DNA from: Verrucomicrobiota bacterium
GTDB taxonomy: Bacteria; Verrucomicrobiota; Verrucomicrobiia; Palsa-1439
Direction: 5' to 3'
Assembly (NCBI GenBank): GCA_003152315.1
Contig: PLZV01000053.1
Coordinates: 48,931-112,930 of the forward strand
Length of the DNA stretch: 64,000 nt
The position numbers and the translations under genes are program-made. The notes under the pieces were generated by a model. That model saw only the letters and a list, made by a program, of their open reading frames with translations. It had not been told where the DNA came from and did not search any database. Positions 1-10,362 of the stretch are shown here, one piece after another (within the stretch, counting starts at the first letter, position 1; each line of letters opens with the position of its first letter).

Positions 1-1570
1 AAAGCAACTGCGGCTTGTTCGAGAGGACGGCCAAGGGAGTGTCCGTGCCCATCGAGCCGAGCGGCTGGACGGCGTCCCGGGCCATGGGCGCCAGGAGGAT
101 GCGCAGATCTTCAAAGGTGTACCCGAACGCCTGTTGGCGAAGGAGCACGGTCGCATGGTCGGGTTGATGCACGTGCGTTGGTTTGGGTAGATCTTCGAGG
201 TCCACAAGCCCCTGCTGGAGCCACAAGCGATACGGTCGTTCGGTGGCGATCTTCTGTTTGAGTTCTTCGTCCGCAACGATGCGGCCGAGTTTCGTATCGA
301 CAAGGAACATGCGGCCCGGCTGGAGCCGGCCCTTCTGCAGGACGCGTTCCGGCGCGATATCGAGCACACCGACCTCCGAGGCCATGATGACCTGGTCGTC
401 TTTCGTCACGTAATAACGCGAAGGACGCAGGCCGTTACGGTCGAGGATCGCGCCGATCTGCACGCCGTCGGTGAAGGCAATGGAAGCCGGGCCGTCCCAC
501 GGCTCGATCAGGCAACTGTGGTACTCGTAAAACGCCTTCTTCTCGTCGCTCATGCTCTCATGGCCCGACCACGGTTCGGGGACCATCATCATCATCGCGT
601 GCGGGAGCGAACGGCCACCGAGCACGAGGAATTCGAGGCAATTGTCGAACATGGCGGAATCGCTGCCGTCTTCATTGATGATTGGGAGCAGCTTCTTCAT
701 GTCATCGCCGAAAAGGTCGGACTTCAACAACGACTCGCGCGCGTGCATCCAATTGATGTTACCGCGGAGCGTATTGATCTCGCCGTTGTGCGCGACGTAG
801 CGATAGGGGTGCGCGCGTTCCCAACTCGGGAACGTGTTCGTGCTGAACCGCGAGTGCACCAGGGCCAGCGCGGAGGCGAAGGCGGGGTCATGCAGGTCGG
901 GAAAAAACGGGTCCACCTGCTCGGGCATGAGCATGCCTTTGTAGATGATCGTCTTGTAAGAAAGGCTCGAGATGTAAAAGCGATTGCCACCCTTGATGCC
1001 GGCGTAACGAATACCCCGTTCGGCCAGCTTGCGGACCACATATAATTTGCGCTCGAACGCCATGTCGTCTTTGATTTTTGGATCGCGCGCGATGAAGACC
1101 TGGCGAACAATGGGTTCCGAGGCGCGCGCGGTTTCGCCGAGCGTCGCGTTGGTGGTCGGGACCGTGCGCCAACCGAGCAGGCGATGGCCTTCGTTCTCGA
1201 TGATTTCCTCGAAGAGCTTCTCGCACTTGTACCGTGAATCTGTGTCGGGAGGCAGGTACACCATGCCGACGCCGTATTCGCCATAGGCGGGCAGGGCGAT
1301 CTTCTCCTGGGCGCAGATTTTCTGGAGGAACTCGTGCGGGGTCTGCAGCAGGATGCCCGCGCCATCGCCCGAGTTGGCCTCGCAGCCACACGCGCCGCGG
1401 TGCGCCAGATTCGTCAGGATCGTGAGCGCGTCGCGGACAATCTTGTGGGATTTCTGACCCTTGATGTTCACGACAAAACCGACGCCGCAGGAATCGTGTT
1501 CAAACTGCGGGTCGTACAGGCCTTGTTTTTCCGGCCAACCGTAAGGCGCGGTGGTGTGGACGTTACTCAT
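1..1570 (-). CDS. gltB: Glutamate synthase large subunit, N-terminal part. The gene runs off the left edge of the window.
   Basis: My own minus-strand translation from the ATG at 1570..1568 reads [42 protein letters not shown]... It has the Ntn-amidotransferase Cys and the motifs [14 protein letters not shown] and [11 protein letters not shown]. The frame stays open to position 1, so it is absent from the ORF track. Confidence 0.9.
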   Translation of the reverse strand, partial: MSNVHTTAPYGWPEKQGLYDPQFEHDSCGVGFVVNIKGQKSHKIVRDALTILTNLAHRGACGCEANSGDGAGILLQTPHEFLQKICAQEKIALPAYGEYGVGMVYLPPDTDSRYKCEKLFEEIIENEGHRLLGWRTVPTTNATLGETARASEPIVRQVFIARDPKIKDDMAFERKLYVVRKLAERGIRYAGIKGGNRFYISSLSYKTIIYKGMLMPEQVDPFFPDLHDPAFASALALVHSRFSTNTFPSWERAHPYRYVAHNGEINTLRGNINWMHARESLLKSDLFGDDMKKLLPIINEDGSDSAMFDNCLEFLVLGGRSLPHAMMMMVPEPWSGHESMSDEKKAFYEYHSCLIEPWDGPASIAFTDGVQIGAILDRNGLRPSRYYVTKDDQVIMASEVGVLDIAPERVLQKGRLQPGRMFLVDTKLGRIVADEELKQKIATERPYRLWLQQGLVDLEDLPKPTHVHQPDHATVLLRQQAFGYTFEDLRILLAPMARDAVQPLGSMGTDTPLAVLSNKPQLL

Positions 1571-1837
1571 TGCGCATTCTCAAGTACTCGCCTCGGAGCG
1601 TGACTATATGACAAGTTTGCCGCAGGTTTTCAACGTCATTGTCCGGCTTTTTGCGGCCTTCGAGCATCTGCGCGTCGTGTTCGCCTCCACGGCGAGCGGA
1701 AGGTACACGATGGCTACACTTCATGCCTTGTGAACTTCTGTGCGACATTTTCGGCCTTTTCCCCGCCCTAATTAGGATATGAAATTACTCACAAAAAACA
1801 CTTTTTTGTTGCAAACCAATCGAAAAATAGCAAAACT

Positions 1838-2470
1838 GTGAACGAAAACAAGCGAAATCTTCAGTTTCCAGGAACTATCGACGCGGAGGCTACATTGCGT
1901 GTCATTGACGAACAAGAGCGAGCCATTATCAAGGCCCTGATCCGCGACCCACGCCAGAGCAATAACTACATCAGCAAAGTTACCGGTGTGCCAACGCCGA
2001 CCGTGCGACGAAAGCGTCAGCGGCTCGAAGACGAAGGGCTGCTCAACTATTTCGCGGCAATCGACATGCAGGAGACGGGGACCGGCACCTTCAGCGCCCG
2101 GCATCTTTACATCATCAAATTTCGCATCGGCATTACCGTGAAGCAGATCGTGGACGAGATCAAGAGCGAGCCGAATGTCCGTTCGGTGTTCACCGATCTG
2201 ATCTACGAATCGCACATCGCGGAAATGGATGGACGCGTGGCGCTGGTGATGATTATCGAAGGCAAGGACGACGCGGATATCATCGAAAACGTCCAGGGGA
2301 AGATCGTCCCTTCGCTGCGCAAGAACCATGGCCCGGATTCGATTGAGGAAATCTCCACGTTGCGCCTGCTCAGCCCGATCCGCGTGTTTCACAATTACGT
2401 ACCACTGGTGAACATGCACAACGGCGTGCTGCGTGACGATTGGACTAACGATGCCATCTTCGTGGGCTAG
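1838..2470 (+). CDS. Lrp/AsnC-family transcriptional regulator
   Basis: 210-aa ORF. It has an HTH segment NNYISKVTGVPTPTVRRKRQRLEDEGLL followed by an AsnC/RAM-like C-terminal domain. It is divergent from gltB across an AT-rich gap. Confidence 0.65.
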   Translation: MNENKRNLQFPGTIDAEATLRVIDEQERAIIKALIRDPRQSNNYISKVTGVPTPTVRRKRQRLEDEGLLNYFAAIDMQETGTGTFSARHLYIIKFRIGITVKQIVDEIKSEPNVRSVFTDLIYESHIAEMDGRVALVMIIEGKDDADIIENVQGKIVPSLRKNHGPDSIEEISTLRLLSPIRVFHNYVPLVNMHNGVLRDDWTNDAIFVG

Positions 2471-2512
2471 AGCCGCCGCCAGCCCACTTTTACCCTCTCC
2501 TCTTTCCGCCGG

Positions 2513-3730
2513 TCACTTCCCGTTGCAGTCCTGATCCACGGCTTCCTTCAGCATCTCGAAGAAATCGGGGATGGCAGAGGTCACGCGGTTCCAATTTGAG
2601 ATCAGGGGAATGCCGAGCGGGTCGTGGAGATATTCATCGGCGGCGAGACGGAGCGCGTTCGTGAACGCGCGGACCGCCAGCATTTCCTGATGGCGGTCGA
2701 AGGGCAGGCCGTTGATCGCGGCGTCATCCTCGTACTGTTTCACCGCATCCTGCGCCACGCGCAGGTAGCGAATGGTCAGCGTCTTGAAGAGCGCGTCGGA
2801 GAGCACCAGGCCTTCCGTCGCCAGGTTACGGAAGACGGACTTCGCGATGTCGGCGCTCATCTTCATGAGTCCCTTGCGCTCATCATCGGCGGAGAGGTTC
2901 TGGTGTTTGTGTTCGTAGGTGTCGCACAATTCGACCTGGCAGATTCGCTTGGCCGTGCAGTTGCGGAACACTTCGCACAACACGCCCATCTCCAACCCCC
3001 AATCACCGGGAATGCGATTGATGCGCGCCAGATCGGCGAGCATGGAAAACTCGCCCGAGAGCGGGTAGCGGAAGCTGTCGAGGAATACCAGCAGCGGCAC
3101 CTCGCGCCCGAGGACCTTCTGCAGCGCGCGAATTAGCGGCGTGACCAGCAGTCGTGTGACGCGCCCGTAGAAGCGGTCCGAGACACGGGCGTAGAAGCCC
3201 TTGCAGAATTCATAGTCCATGTTCGGACTGGCGAGTGGGAACACCAGCCGGGCCAGCAGTTCGCGGTCATACGTGCGGATGTCGCAATCGTGGAGCGCGA
3301 TGATCTTGCACTGTTCGTCGGCCAGCACGAACCCCGACGACAACCACATGTTGCTGCCTTTGCCAGGACCGCCGATGGAAAGGTCGTTCTGGACCATCAA
3401 CTTCATCAGCTTGCGCAGGCGCGGCCCATCGCGCCAGAGGATTTTCACTTCTTGCGGCAGGGTGGAGAAGAAACGGCGCGCGAAGTCGAACTGGCGCCGA
3501 TCCGCGCGGTCGAGGCCCACGACGATCTGGCGGATGTAACGGACGGCCCGAAGATGCCCGAGGATATTCTTGAGCGCCGGACCTTCCAATTCACTGTAGA
3601 GACAGGGCAGCACCAGCGCGATGGGCCGGCGCTCGGTATATTCCGTCAGCGTCGTCTCGATGGCCTCAAGATCGTACTTGCCGAGACGATGGAACGTAGT
3701 GATAACGCCGCTTTGATGAAAATCGCTCAT
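2513..3730 (-). CDS. GT-A fold glycosyltransferase resembling glucosyl-/mannosyl-3-phosphoglycerate synthase
   Basis: 405-aa ORF with a DxD-like motif (ALHDCDIRTY). The N-terminus MSDFHQSGVITTFHRLGK and the length match GpgS-type enzymes from memory only. No search was run. Confidence 0.5.
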   Translation of the reverse strand: MSDFHQSGVITTFHRLGKYDLEAIETTLTEYTERRPIALVLPCLYSELEGPALKNILGHLRAVRYIRQIVVGLDRADRRQFDFARRFFSTLPQEVKILWRDGPRLRKLMKLMVQNDLSIGGPGKGSNMWLSSGFVLADEQCKIIALHDCDIRTYDRELLARLVFPLASPNMDYEFCKGFYARVSDRFYGRVTRLLVTPLIRALQKVLGREVPLLVFLDSFRYPLSGEFSMLADLARINRIPGDWGLEMGVLCEVFRNCTAKRICQVELCDTYEHKHQNLSADDERKGLMKMSADIAKSVFRNLATEGLVLSDALFKTLTIRYLRVAQDAVKQYEDDAAINGLPFDRHQEMLAVRAFTNALRLAADEYLHDPLGIPLISNWNRVTSAIPDFFEMLKEAVDQDCNGK

Positions 3731-3828
3731 GGCTTCATAAATTGCTTCGCACTCGCCTGACCTAATTGTAAGATTACGCGGGGACGAGGGTGTGAGGCAA
3801 ATTATATTCTTGGGCGCCCGTTTTTTAC

Positions 3829-4602
3829 ATGAGCGACGCGAAGGTCATCTTTTGGGACGTGTACGGCACGCTGGTTGTCGCGCCGCGCGGGAATCTCGAT
3901 TCCTTGCTCCAACGCGAGGCCGAGTTGCGCACGGTTTTTGAGCGCACCATCAAGAATTTCGGGCTTAATGCCGTCCCCGAGCGCCTGCACGATCTTTTCC
4001 TGCGCGGCATCCAGGCCGAACGGGAGGCACGCGTGGCGCAAGGCATCGCGCATCCGGAAGTGCGCATCGACGAAATCTGGTTCAAGTTGCTGGAGAAGTT
4101 TCGACCCGAGAACCCGCCCACGATCAATTTTGCGCGCGAGGTCGCGCTGTTCTTCCAGCGACAGGCCAACCCAACGCAACTGCAACCGCACGCGTTCGAC
4201 GTGTTGACCGTGTTCAAGCAGCGCGGGCTGCGCCACGGGATCATTTCCAACGCGCAGTTCTACACGCCGATCGAGTTGTCCCTGCTGTTGCGCGAGGAAA
4301 GCGCGAGCGCGGTTTGCACATACGAATCCATCTTTGACCCGCTGCTCGTGTTCTTCTCGTTTGAGCTCGGCAGCGCCAAGCCCGACCTCGCCCTTTTCCG
4401 CCGAGCGGTCGAGGCGTTGACACGTGAGAACATCATGCCCGACGACTGCGTCTTTGTCGGCAATTCGCCCGTCAACGATATTGCGCCCGCCCAGCACATT
4501 GGATTCAAGACGGTACTCTTCGCGCCGGATGGCGTTCCTGAATCCGCGGTCAAGCCCGACCTGGTGATTCACAACCTCGCGCAGCTTTTGGAATGGCTGT
4601 GA
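3829..4602 (+). CDS. HAD-superfamily hydrolase with the DxYGT variant of motif I
   Basis: 257 aa. Motif I is FWDVYGTL, followed by IISNAQ, a conserved K (GSAKPD) and motif IV VGNSPVNDI. It is divergent from the GpgS-like gene. Confidence 0.75.
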   Translation: MSDAKVIFWDVYGTLVVAPRGNLDSLLQREAELRTVFERTIKNFGLNAVPERLHDLFLRGIQAEREARVAQGIAHPEVRIDEIWFKLLEKFRPENPPTINFAREVALFFQRQANPTQLQPHAFDVLTVFKQRGLRHGIISNAQFYTPIELSLLLREESASAVCTYESIFDPLLVFFSFELGSAKPDLALFRRAVEALTRENIMPDDCVFVGNSPVNDIAPAQHIGFKTVLFAPDGVPESAVKPDLVIHNLAQLLEWL

Positions 4603-5750
4603 AGATTGCGATCCTGCACTACCACCTGCGGCCGGGCGGTGTGGCGACCGTCATCCGCAACGCGCAGCGCGCACTGGCGGGGAAGTTTGATGTCCAAGTG
4701 CTGGCTGATTTCGGTTACGACGAGCATCCGGCACGCAGCCGGCGCGCGTTTCTCGCGGAATCGGGCAGGCTGGCGGACGGTCTGGCGAAGCGCCTCCGAG
4801 GCGTGGATGTTCTCCACACGCACAATGTCGGTCTTGGCAAGCACCCGCGGCTGACGTATGCGGTAAAACTGCTCGCGGAGCGACGCAGGATCAAGATCAT
4901 CAACCAGGTCCACGACTTTCCTGAGGACCATCGACCCGCGCAATTGCGCGCACTGCGCCACTGCACGGGCAAGCGTGATGACGCCTTCCAGCGGGCGCTG
5001 TGTTATTACGACGCGCCGAACGTGATTTGGGCGACGCTGACCACGTACGATGCGGCAAAGCTCGCGGCGCACGGGGTTCCGGCGAGGAAGATTCACGTAC
5101 TTCCGAACCCGGTGGATGAGGAGTTCTTTACCAAGGCCGCGCCGTCCCGCGCGAAGTTACAACTCGTAAGGGAACAGCTCGCCGCGTTTGCCCGCGCGCA
5201 TAGATTCCACTTTGATACGCGAAAGAAAATGCTTCTTTCGCCGATGAAGGTAATGGTTCGGAAGAACAATGCCGAGGCCGTCGAGTTGGTGAAACGACTG
5301 AAGAAATACCAGCTCGTCATTTCGCTCGATGCGTCCTCCGCGAGCGACCGTGATTACAGTGAGCGACTCAAGAAGAAGATTCGGCGAGAACGGCTGCCGG
5401 TGGTGATCGGCTTTGGCGCGGCCCTGGACAATCCGCTGCCGCTGTTTCATCTGGCGCACGCGATTCTCACGACATCCCAGGTGGAAGGCTTTGGTTATAC
5501 GTTTGTCGAAGGCTGGCTGTGCCATAAAGCCGTGGTGGGCCGCGATATTCCCGAGGTCACCCAGGACTTCGTCGCGGCGGGAATGAAGATGAGCCATTTC
5601 TACCGGGAGTTTGATGACGAGGCGGTGCGTCGCGTGGCGGCCTTCCTGGCGAAGCCCTCCCGAAAGCTGATCGAAGAGAACCGGAAAATCGTACTGAGAG
5701 AGTACTCGCTTCGGGCGTACGCGCGGCGGTACGAGAAGCTCCTGCTATAA
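4593..5750 (+). CDS. GT-B fold glycosyltransferase (GT4-like)
   Basis: 385 aa. It has an EGFGYTFVEGW (E-x7-E-like) motif. The start overlaps the HAD stop by 10 nt, which suggests translational coupling. Confidence 0.6.
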   Translation: MAVKIAILHYHLRPGGVATVIRNAQRALAGKFDVQVLADFGYDEHPARSRRAFLAESGRLADGLAKRLRGVDVLHTHNVGLGKHPRLTYAVKLLAERRRIKIINQVHDFPEDHRPAQLRALRHCTGKRDDAFQRALCYYDAPNVIWATLTTYDAAKLAAHGVPARKIHVLPNPVDEEFFTKAAPSRAKLQLVREQLAAFARAHRFHFDTRKKMLLSPMKVMVRKNNAEAVELVKRLKKYQLVISLDASSASDRDYSERLKKKIRRERLPVVIGFGAALDNPLPLFHLAHAILTTSQVEGFGYTFVEGWLCHKAVVGRDIPEVTQDFVAAGMKMSHFYREFDDEAVRRVAAFLAKPSRKLIEENRKIVLREYSLRAYARRYEKLLL

Positions 5751-7016
5751 CTCTTCCTTGGGCGTGTGCTCGGAGCTTTCGATCAGGTTATGTAACCGGC
5801 GGCACAGGACGGCGAGCGAGAAATGTTGCCGGGCAATGGTGAAATTGCGGTCGGCCATTTGTTTGCGGAGTTCGGGATCGCTGAGCACGTGGCGGACTTT
5901 CTCGACCACATCATCGGTGACGTAGCCGTCCATCGCGACCGTCTCGAACCCGAGCGGCTCGATATCCAGCATATACACGGAGTAGCGGTTGACCACGATC
6001 GGCTTGCGAAAATACATCGCTTCGAGGAACGCGTTGCCAAAGCCTTCGTAGATGCTGGGGTACGTGATGAGATCGGCGTGGGGATAGATGTCCCAGAGCG
6101 TGTAGAGCTTCCGGCCCTGTTCGTCGAACTTGCGGGTTTCGCTGAAGCGGTTGGCGACGAAGCGGATGTCCACGCCTTCGGCCTGGGCGAGTTCGCGCAA
6201 CCAATTGTAGTAGGCGAGCCCCTCGTCCCCCCCGCTGTGGGAAACGACCAGCTTGGCGCGCGGTTCCTTCAGGCGCCGCACCAACTCGATGGCATGCTCG
6301 ACGCCCTTGCGCGAGACGAGGCGGGTCGGTTGGAGAATGAGGATGTCGTCGGGCTTCAGCCCGATCTGCTCGCGCAAGTCGCGGGCGTATTCGTCCATGG
6401 CTGGCGGCTCGGTGTCGAAATCGAACACGTTGGGGATCAGGGAGGCGGCGATGCCCTTGCGCTGGGCGAGTTCGCGGCGCGCGGGCGTGTTGATGACCAC
6501 GTGCTTGATGCTCGGCAGGCTGGGCGGAAACGCGGCGTCGAGGATGTCCTGCACCGCGTTGATCATGAAGCGCTGGCGTTCCCAGTAGAAATCGTGGTGG
6601 TGCGCGATGGCGTGAATGCCGGTCTCGGCGATGAATTCGGTCAGGGCCATGCCCAGCGGCAGGTTCATGGGAATCGTGAGTGCGTTTTCCGGCACGAGCA
6701 GGTCGATGGCGAACTTCTTCACAAAGCCGGCGAGGCCGGTCTTGATTCGCCCCCGCAACTCGTGGAGTTGGTCGGTTGTTTCCACCGTGCGGGTGTGAAC
6801 CCCGAAGCATTTCTGGTGGAGGGCGACGATTTCGGGATGGGTGAAATGCGCCTCGGGCAGCAGGACGCCGGGGCTGATTTCGGGATCGAGTTGTCCCGCG
6901 CAGAAAAAGGTGCTGTGACCGAGATCGCGGCAAGTGCGCGCCCACTTGATGGTTTCAAGCGTCACGCCGTCGGTGCCGGCCAGCCGCGTGGAAACGAACC
7001 CGATATTCATCGACAC
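5745..7016 (-). CDS. GT4-family retaining glycosyltransferase
   Basis: 423 aa with the signature YEGFGNAFLEAMYFRKPIVV (E-x7-E). It is convergent with the preceding GT gene and overlaps it by 6 nt. Confidence 0.7.
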   Translation of the reverse strand: MSMNIGFVSTRLAGTDGVTLETIKWARTCRDLGHSTFFCAGQLDPEISPGVLLPEAHFTHPEIVALHQKCFGVHTRTVETTDQLHELRGRIKTGLAGFVKKFAIDLLVPENALTIPMNLPLGMALTEFIAETGIHAIAHHHDFYWERQRFMINAVQDILDAAFPPSLPSIKHVVINTPARRELAQRKGIAASLIPNVFDFDTEPPAMDEYARDLREQIGLKPDDILILQPTRLVSRKGVEHAIELVRRLKEPRAKLVVSHSGGDEGLAYYNWLRELAQAEGVDIRFVANRFSETRKFDEQGRKLYTLWDIYPHADLITYPSIYEGFGNAFLEAMYFRKPIVVNRYSVYMLDIEPLGFETVAMDGYVTDDVVEKVRHVLSDPELRKQMADRNFTIARQHFSLAVLCRRLHNLIESSEHTPKEEL

Positions 7017-7138
7017 AGCTACTCTTGCGCAATTGCGGTGTTTGAGTCAAGGTAACGAATCGGCGAAACGGGGGCTGGACGATGGCGCGGGGTGCAGGTA
7101 TGCTTTTGCCACAAACTTTTGAAAGGGAACCACGCAAC

Positions 7139-7840
7139 ATGAAACGTTTGCAGATGATTATCACAAGCACACTTGCCCTGGCGGTTTTGGTCCTGGTGGG
7201 CTGTTCGAAGCCGGAACTCGAGGAAACTGCGCCGCCCAAGCCTGTGACGACGAAGAAAATTGAGTTCCCTGCGCCGACGAACCTGCCATCCGCGCAGCCG
7301 GCCGTGAGCGCCACGCCGGCGGCGCCCGCCACCGCTGTCGCTCCGGAAGCGGCAGAGGACACACCGGAGCAGCTGGCTGCGCAGGTCAAACAATTCGAGA
7401 CCGATTACCAGAACACGCCGGATTTTCAGAAGCGCGTCGTGATTATCTACAACCTCAGTTCCGTGGACTCTCCGGATACCATCGACTCCATCGGTCGCCT
7501 GTTCCTCAATGAGAAGGACAAGGAATTGAAGATCGAGTTGGTCAACTCGCTGCTGGACATTGAGGGCCAGAACGACAAGAAACTGGCGATCCTCAGCACG
7601 GCGGTCCGCGGCGACCAGCCGAAAGACGTGCGGCTCGAAGGGATCGACGGGATGGGGGATACGGAGGACAAGCGCGCGATCCAGGTCCTGCAGGGAATGC
7701 TGACCGACCCCGATGAGGATATACGGGAAGCGGCGCAGGATACCATCGATCAGTTGCAAACGGATGTGGCGCAGCCGCAAGCACCGTTGCCGATGCAGCC
7801 CCAGCCGCAGGCGCAGCCTCCGGCACAGCCGGCCAAATAA
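7139..7840 (+). CDS. Lipoprotein with HEAT-like repeats and a P/Q-rich tail
   Basis: The internal ATG at 7139 gives MKRLQMIITSTLALAVLVLVGC, a signal peptide with lipobox LVGC. The body has repeated helical DxxxR/EA units. The track ORF starting at 7082 looks over-extended. Confidence 0.6.
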   Translation: MKRLQMIITSTLALAVLVLVGCSKPELEETAPPKPVTTKKIEFPAPTNLPSAQPAVSATPAAPATAVAPEAAEDTPEQLAAQVKQFETDYQNTPDFQKRVVIIYNLSSVDSPDTIDSIGRLFLNEKDKELKIELVNSLLDIEGQNDKKLAILSTAVRGDQPKDVRLEGIDGMGDTEDKRAIQVLQGMLTDPDEDIREAAQDTIDQLQTDVAQPQAPLPMQPQPQAQPPAQPAK

Positions 7841-7928
7841 GCGATGGTTCGGGGGTAAGATAATCGTTGACGGAGGCGCTGGCTTCCGGTATGTTTTTCG
7901 CCCCTTCCCAAGAGGAAAAGGACAATTC

Positions 7929-8246
7929 ATGTACGCAGTAATACGAACAGGTGCCAAGCAGTATCGCGTCCAGCCCGGCGACGTTTTGGAGGTCGAACTC
8001 CTCGACGGCGAAAAGGGCAAGGAAATCGCGTTGGAAGAGGTTTTGTTGGTGGCCGACGGCGAGAAGATCCAGGTCGGCAAACCCACGATCAAAGGCGCGC
8101 GCGTGACCGCCGAGGTCATTGACGAGGACAAGAAGGGCAAGAAAGTCATTGCCTTCAAGTTCCGCCGCCGCGAGGGTTACCATCGCAAACGCGGCATCCG
8201 CGCGCACCATACCGTTTTGAAAATCAAAGAAATTGTCGTAACGTAG
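7929..8246 (+). CDS. rplU: 50S ribosomal protein L21
   Basis: MYAVIRTGAKQYRVQPGDVLEVE... is a canonical L21 N-terminus. An AGGAAAAGGA RBS lies upstream. The start at 7713 in the track is an upstream extension. Confidence 0.95.
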   Translation: MYAVIRTGAKQYRVQPGDVLEVELLDGEKGKEIALEEVLLVADGEKIQVGKPTIKGARVTAEVIDEDKKGKKVIAFKFRRREGYHRKRGIRAHHTVLKIKEIVVT

Positions 8247-8301
8247 TGAGGTTGCAGGTCGTCCCGAAAGCGTTCGGGACAGTGTTCAGGAGTAACCAGT
8301 C

Positions 8302-8568
8302 ATGGCACATAAAAAAGGTCAAGGTAGTTCACGTAACGGACGCGACAGCGTCAGCAAGCGACTTGGTGTGAAACGATTTGGCGGCGAGACCGTTAGCGCC
8401 GGCAGCATCATCATCCGCCAGCGCGGCGCCCGCTTCGTCGCCGGCGCGAATGTCGGCATCGGCCGCGATTGGACCCTTTTCGCCCTGACCGACGGCCAGG
8501 TGCGCTTCGACAAACAGGGCCGCCGCGTCAACATCGACCCCGTCGCCGAGCCCGCCAGCAAGTCGTAA
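8302..8568 (+). CDS. rpmA: 50S ribosomal protein L27
   Basis: The sequence [29 protein letters not shown]...IIIRQRG is canonical L27. Confidence 0.95.
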   Translation: MAHKKGQGSSRNGRDSVSKRLGVKRFGGETVSAGSIIIRQRGARFVAGANVGIGRDWTLFALTDGQVRFDKQGRRVNIDPVAEPASKS

Positions 8569-8590
8569 CGCGATTCATTTTCGGAAACGA

Positions 8591-8624
8591 AGGAGCAGAC
8601 CCATGGGTTTGCTCCTTTTGTTTT
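8591..8624 (+). terminator. Rho-independent terminator after rpmA
   Basis: The stem AGGAGCAGACCC/GGGTTTGCTCCT is about 12 bp with one G-U pair and a 3-nt loop. It is followed by TTTGTTTT. Confidence 0.8.
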
Positions 8625-8667
8625 CAGGCTCTGGCCTCCCAGCACATTTCGCTTTACCGGCCTCAGA

Positions 8668-9961
8668 TCAACGTCCACGTGGATCACAAAAATCAATACC
8701 GATGACAGTGATGGCCGCTACATCCGTGCGCGCACTCACAATCGCGTTTGCACGCTCAGTCAAGGCTTGGAGGACTTCATCAAAACCCAAGCGACCTTGA
8801 CCAGTTGGGTTTTGCCAGTACTTTTGATTTTGGATGTACCCTAGTAGATATATCCCATAGCGGTTCCCTCTTGCCCGGAGGTACTGACCGACTAGTTGGT
8901 TCTCAAGACGCTCCAAGAGTACGTCAAGGCTCCATGAGTCCGCCCATTTAATCTCAACGGAAATAGGGGCGATACCGGGATGTTCGATTCGTATGTCCGG
9001 TCGTTGTTCCAAATCGATTTCTTCCTCCTGAGGGACAGTGTAATGTTTCCGCGACCGTCTTTGCAGTTCGCTAGCTACCCACCGTCTCAGATGGTACTCG
9101 TCGTCGCCACGACGAAGATTCTCGCGCAGGCTGTTGTCGGATTTCTCAACGTCGTGCTTACTGTCGGAGAGCCCTCTGCAAGCAATATTGAACAGATCCT
9201 CGTCAGTTTTGGGTTCAACATCGTAGTCTTTCGTAAAATCACGGACGTCTTGGGTGGTCCAAGGTGAAGAATCGGCCTGTTGTTCCCTACGCTTATCAAG
9301 AAGATTTAGAATCCAGTCACGCAAATGGACGAGATTCGGTTCTACAGCCAGTTCTTGGAGGACATTGTCAGCTTCGCGATCTCCGCTTTGAGCAAGCCTT
9401 TGGGTGAGGCCATTGCGGAAGTCCTGTGTGTGATCCCTGTCACCGGGACTATAAGCTTCAGCACTGGGGTGAACTATATCATCAGTTATCCGTAGGTAGC
9501 GGTAAACAAGCGGGATCATGACTCGCATGTTTGCCGGCTTTGCATAATCAGGATTGGATACGACTGGCGATCGGTCCGCTCTGTCCCCGCCCAGTGCGGA
9601 GCAAACCCCCGTAACTATCATTGCGGAGCCAACGCCGAACTTGCTGGCGCATTTCCAAACCGATGGCGGCTTCCCATGGTTCTGTAGCGAGTCGATCTAG
9701 TGGTATAAAGAGGGCAAATTGCCCATTAGCTTGGAATGCCCTTGCGCGTTCGCGGAATTCCCAAGTCTTTCCGCTACCCGGCTCTCCCAATATAATAACG
9801 CGTCGTTTCTTTAAAAGATCTTCCCAACCCAAGCCCGAACGGATTCCCAAGTTGGCAGCAACGTAACTATCCAATGCAGACTCTTCCGAATCCCGATGGG
9901 GGTCGAGAATTCGAAACCGCCGATTAAGGTCAACGAAATTCGGATTCTCGTCCATTGCCAA
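8668..9961 (-). pseudogene. Decayed STAND/NACHT-like P-loop NTPase fused to a C-terminal PD-(D/E)xK nuclease-like domain. It is frameshifted and appears internally deleted.
   Basis: The 137-aa N-fragment carries Walker A (ILGEPGSGKT) and the following FALFIPLDRL strand. It stops at 9548 and no frame continues with a Walker B (hhhhDGLDE-type) motif. The overlapping 317-aa frame (8668..9621) ends with RPDIRIEHP...VEIKW, a D...ExK nuclease signature. The region looks AT-richer than its flanks by eye. Confidence 0.5.
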
Positions 9962-10362
9962 CCTAGACGTAAGCCTCCGTTGTGTCCTGAAGTTGATCCC
10001 GGGCAGACTTCAGCAATCTGGCGGGCCTTTCCCCAGATTCATACCGTGTGACAACCTTTGGAATTGGCTTGTTCTTGGGAACTCGCAAACTTCACAAGTC
10101 ACAAGGTTAGCAAACAGTGCGGCCTTGGGAAAGGCCGAAAAAGGGTACCCATATATCGTAAAGTAATAATTTTACTGGACATGGTGCTGGGGGACGGGTA
10201 TAGTCGGTGCGTGGATTATGAATTTACGAGTGACGGTGACAGGCAGCAACTACAAAGCCGTGATGAGTCGCGGCATTCCAAATGGGGAGCACGGATCCGG
10301 AAACGGAAAGACACGGGCGGGACGCCCGCGCCACTATCAACTGAGGATGGGGGGGGGACCGC

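Noticed and set aside
518-1603. Several 60-220 aa ORFs on both strands inside the first 1.6 kb (for example 724..1389 on the minus strand and 518..1045 on the plus strand).
   Set aside because: They are off-frame shadows of the gltB coding sequence. gltB translates cleanly with canonical glutamate synthase motifs, whereas these translations are Arg/Ser/Pro/Ala-rich low-complexity sequence typical of high-GC alternative frames.
5823-7055. 410-aa plus-strand ORF and 344-aa minus-strand ORF overlapping the GT4 gene.
   Set aside because: They are antisense or off-frame to a glycosyltransferase with a clear E-x7-E signature. Their composition is dominated by G/A/R/V/D with no motifs.
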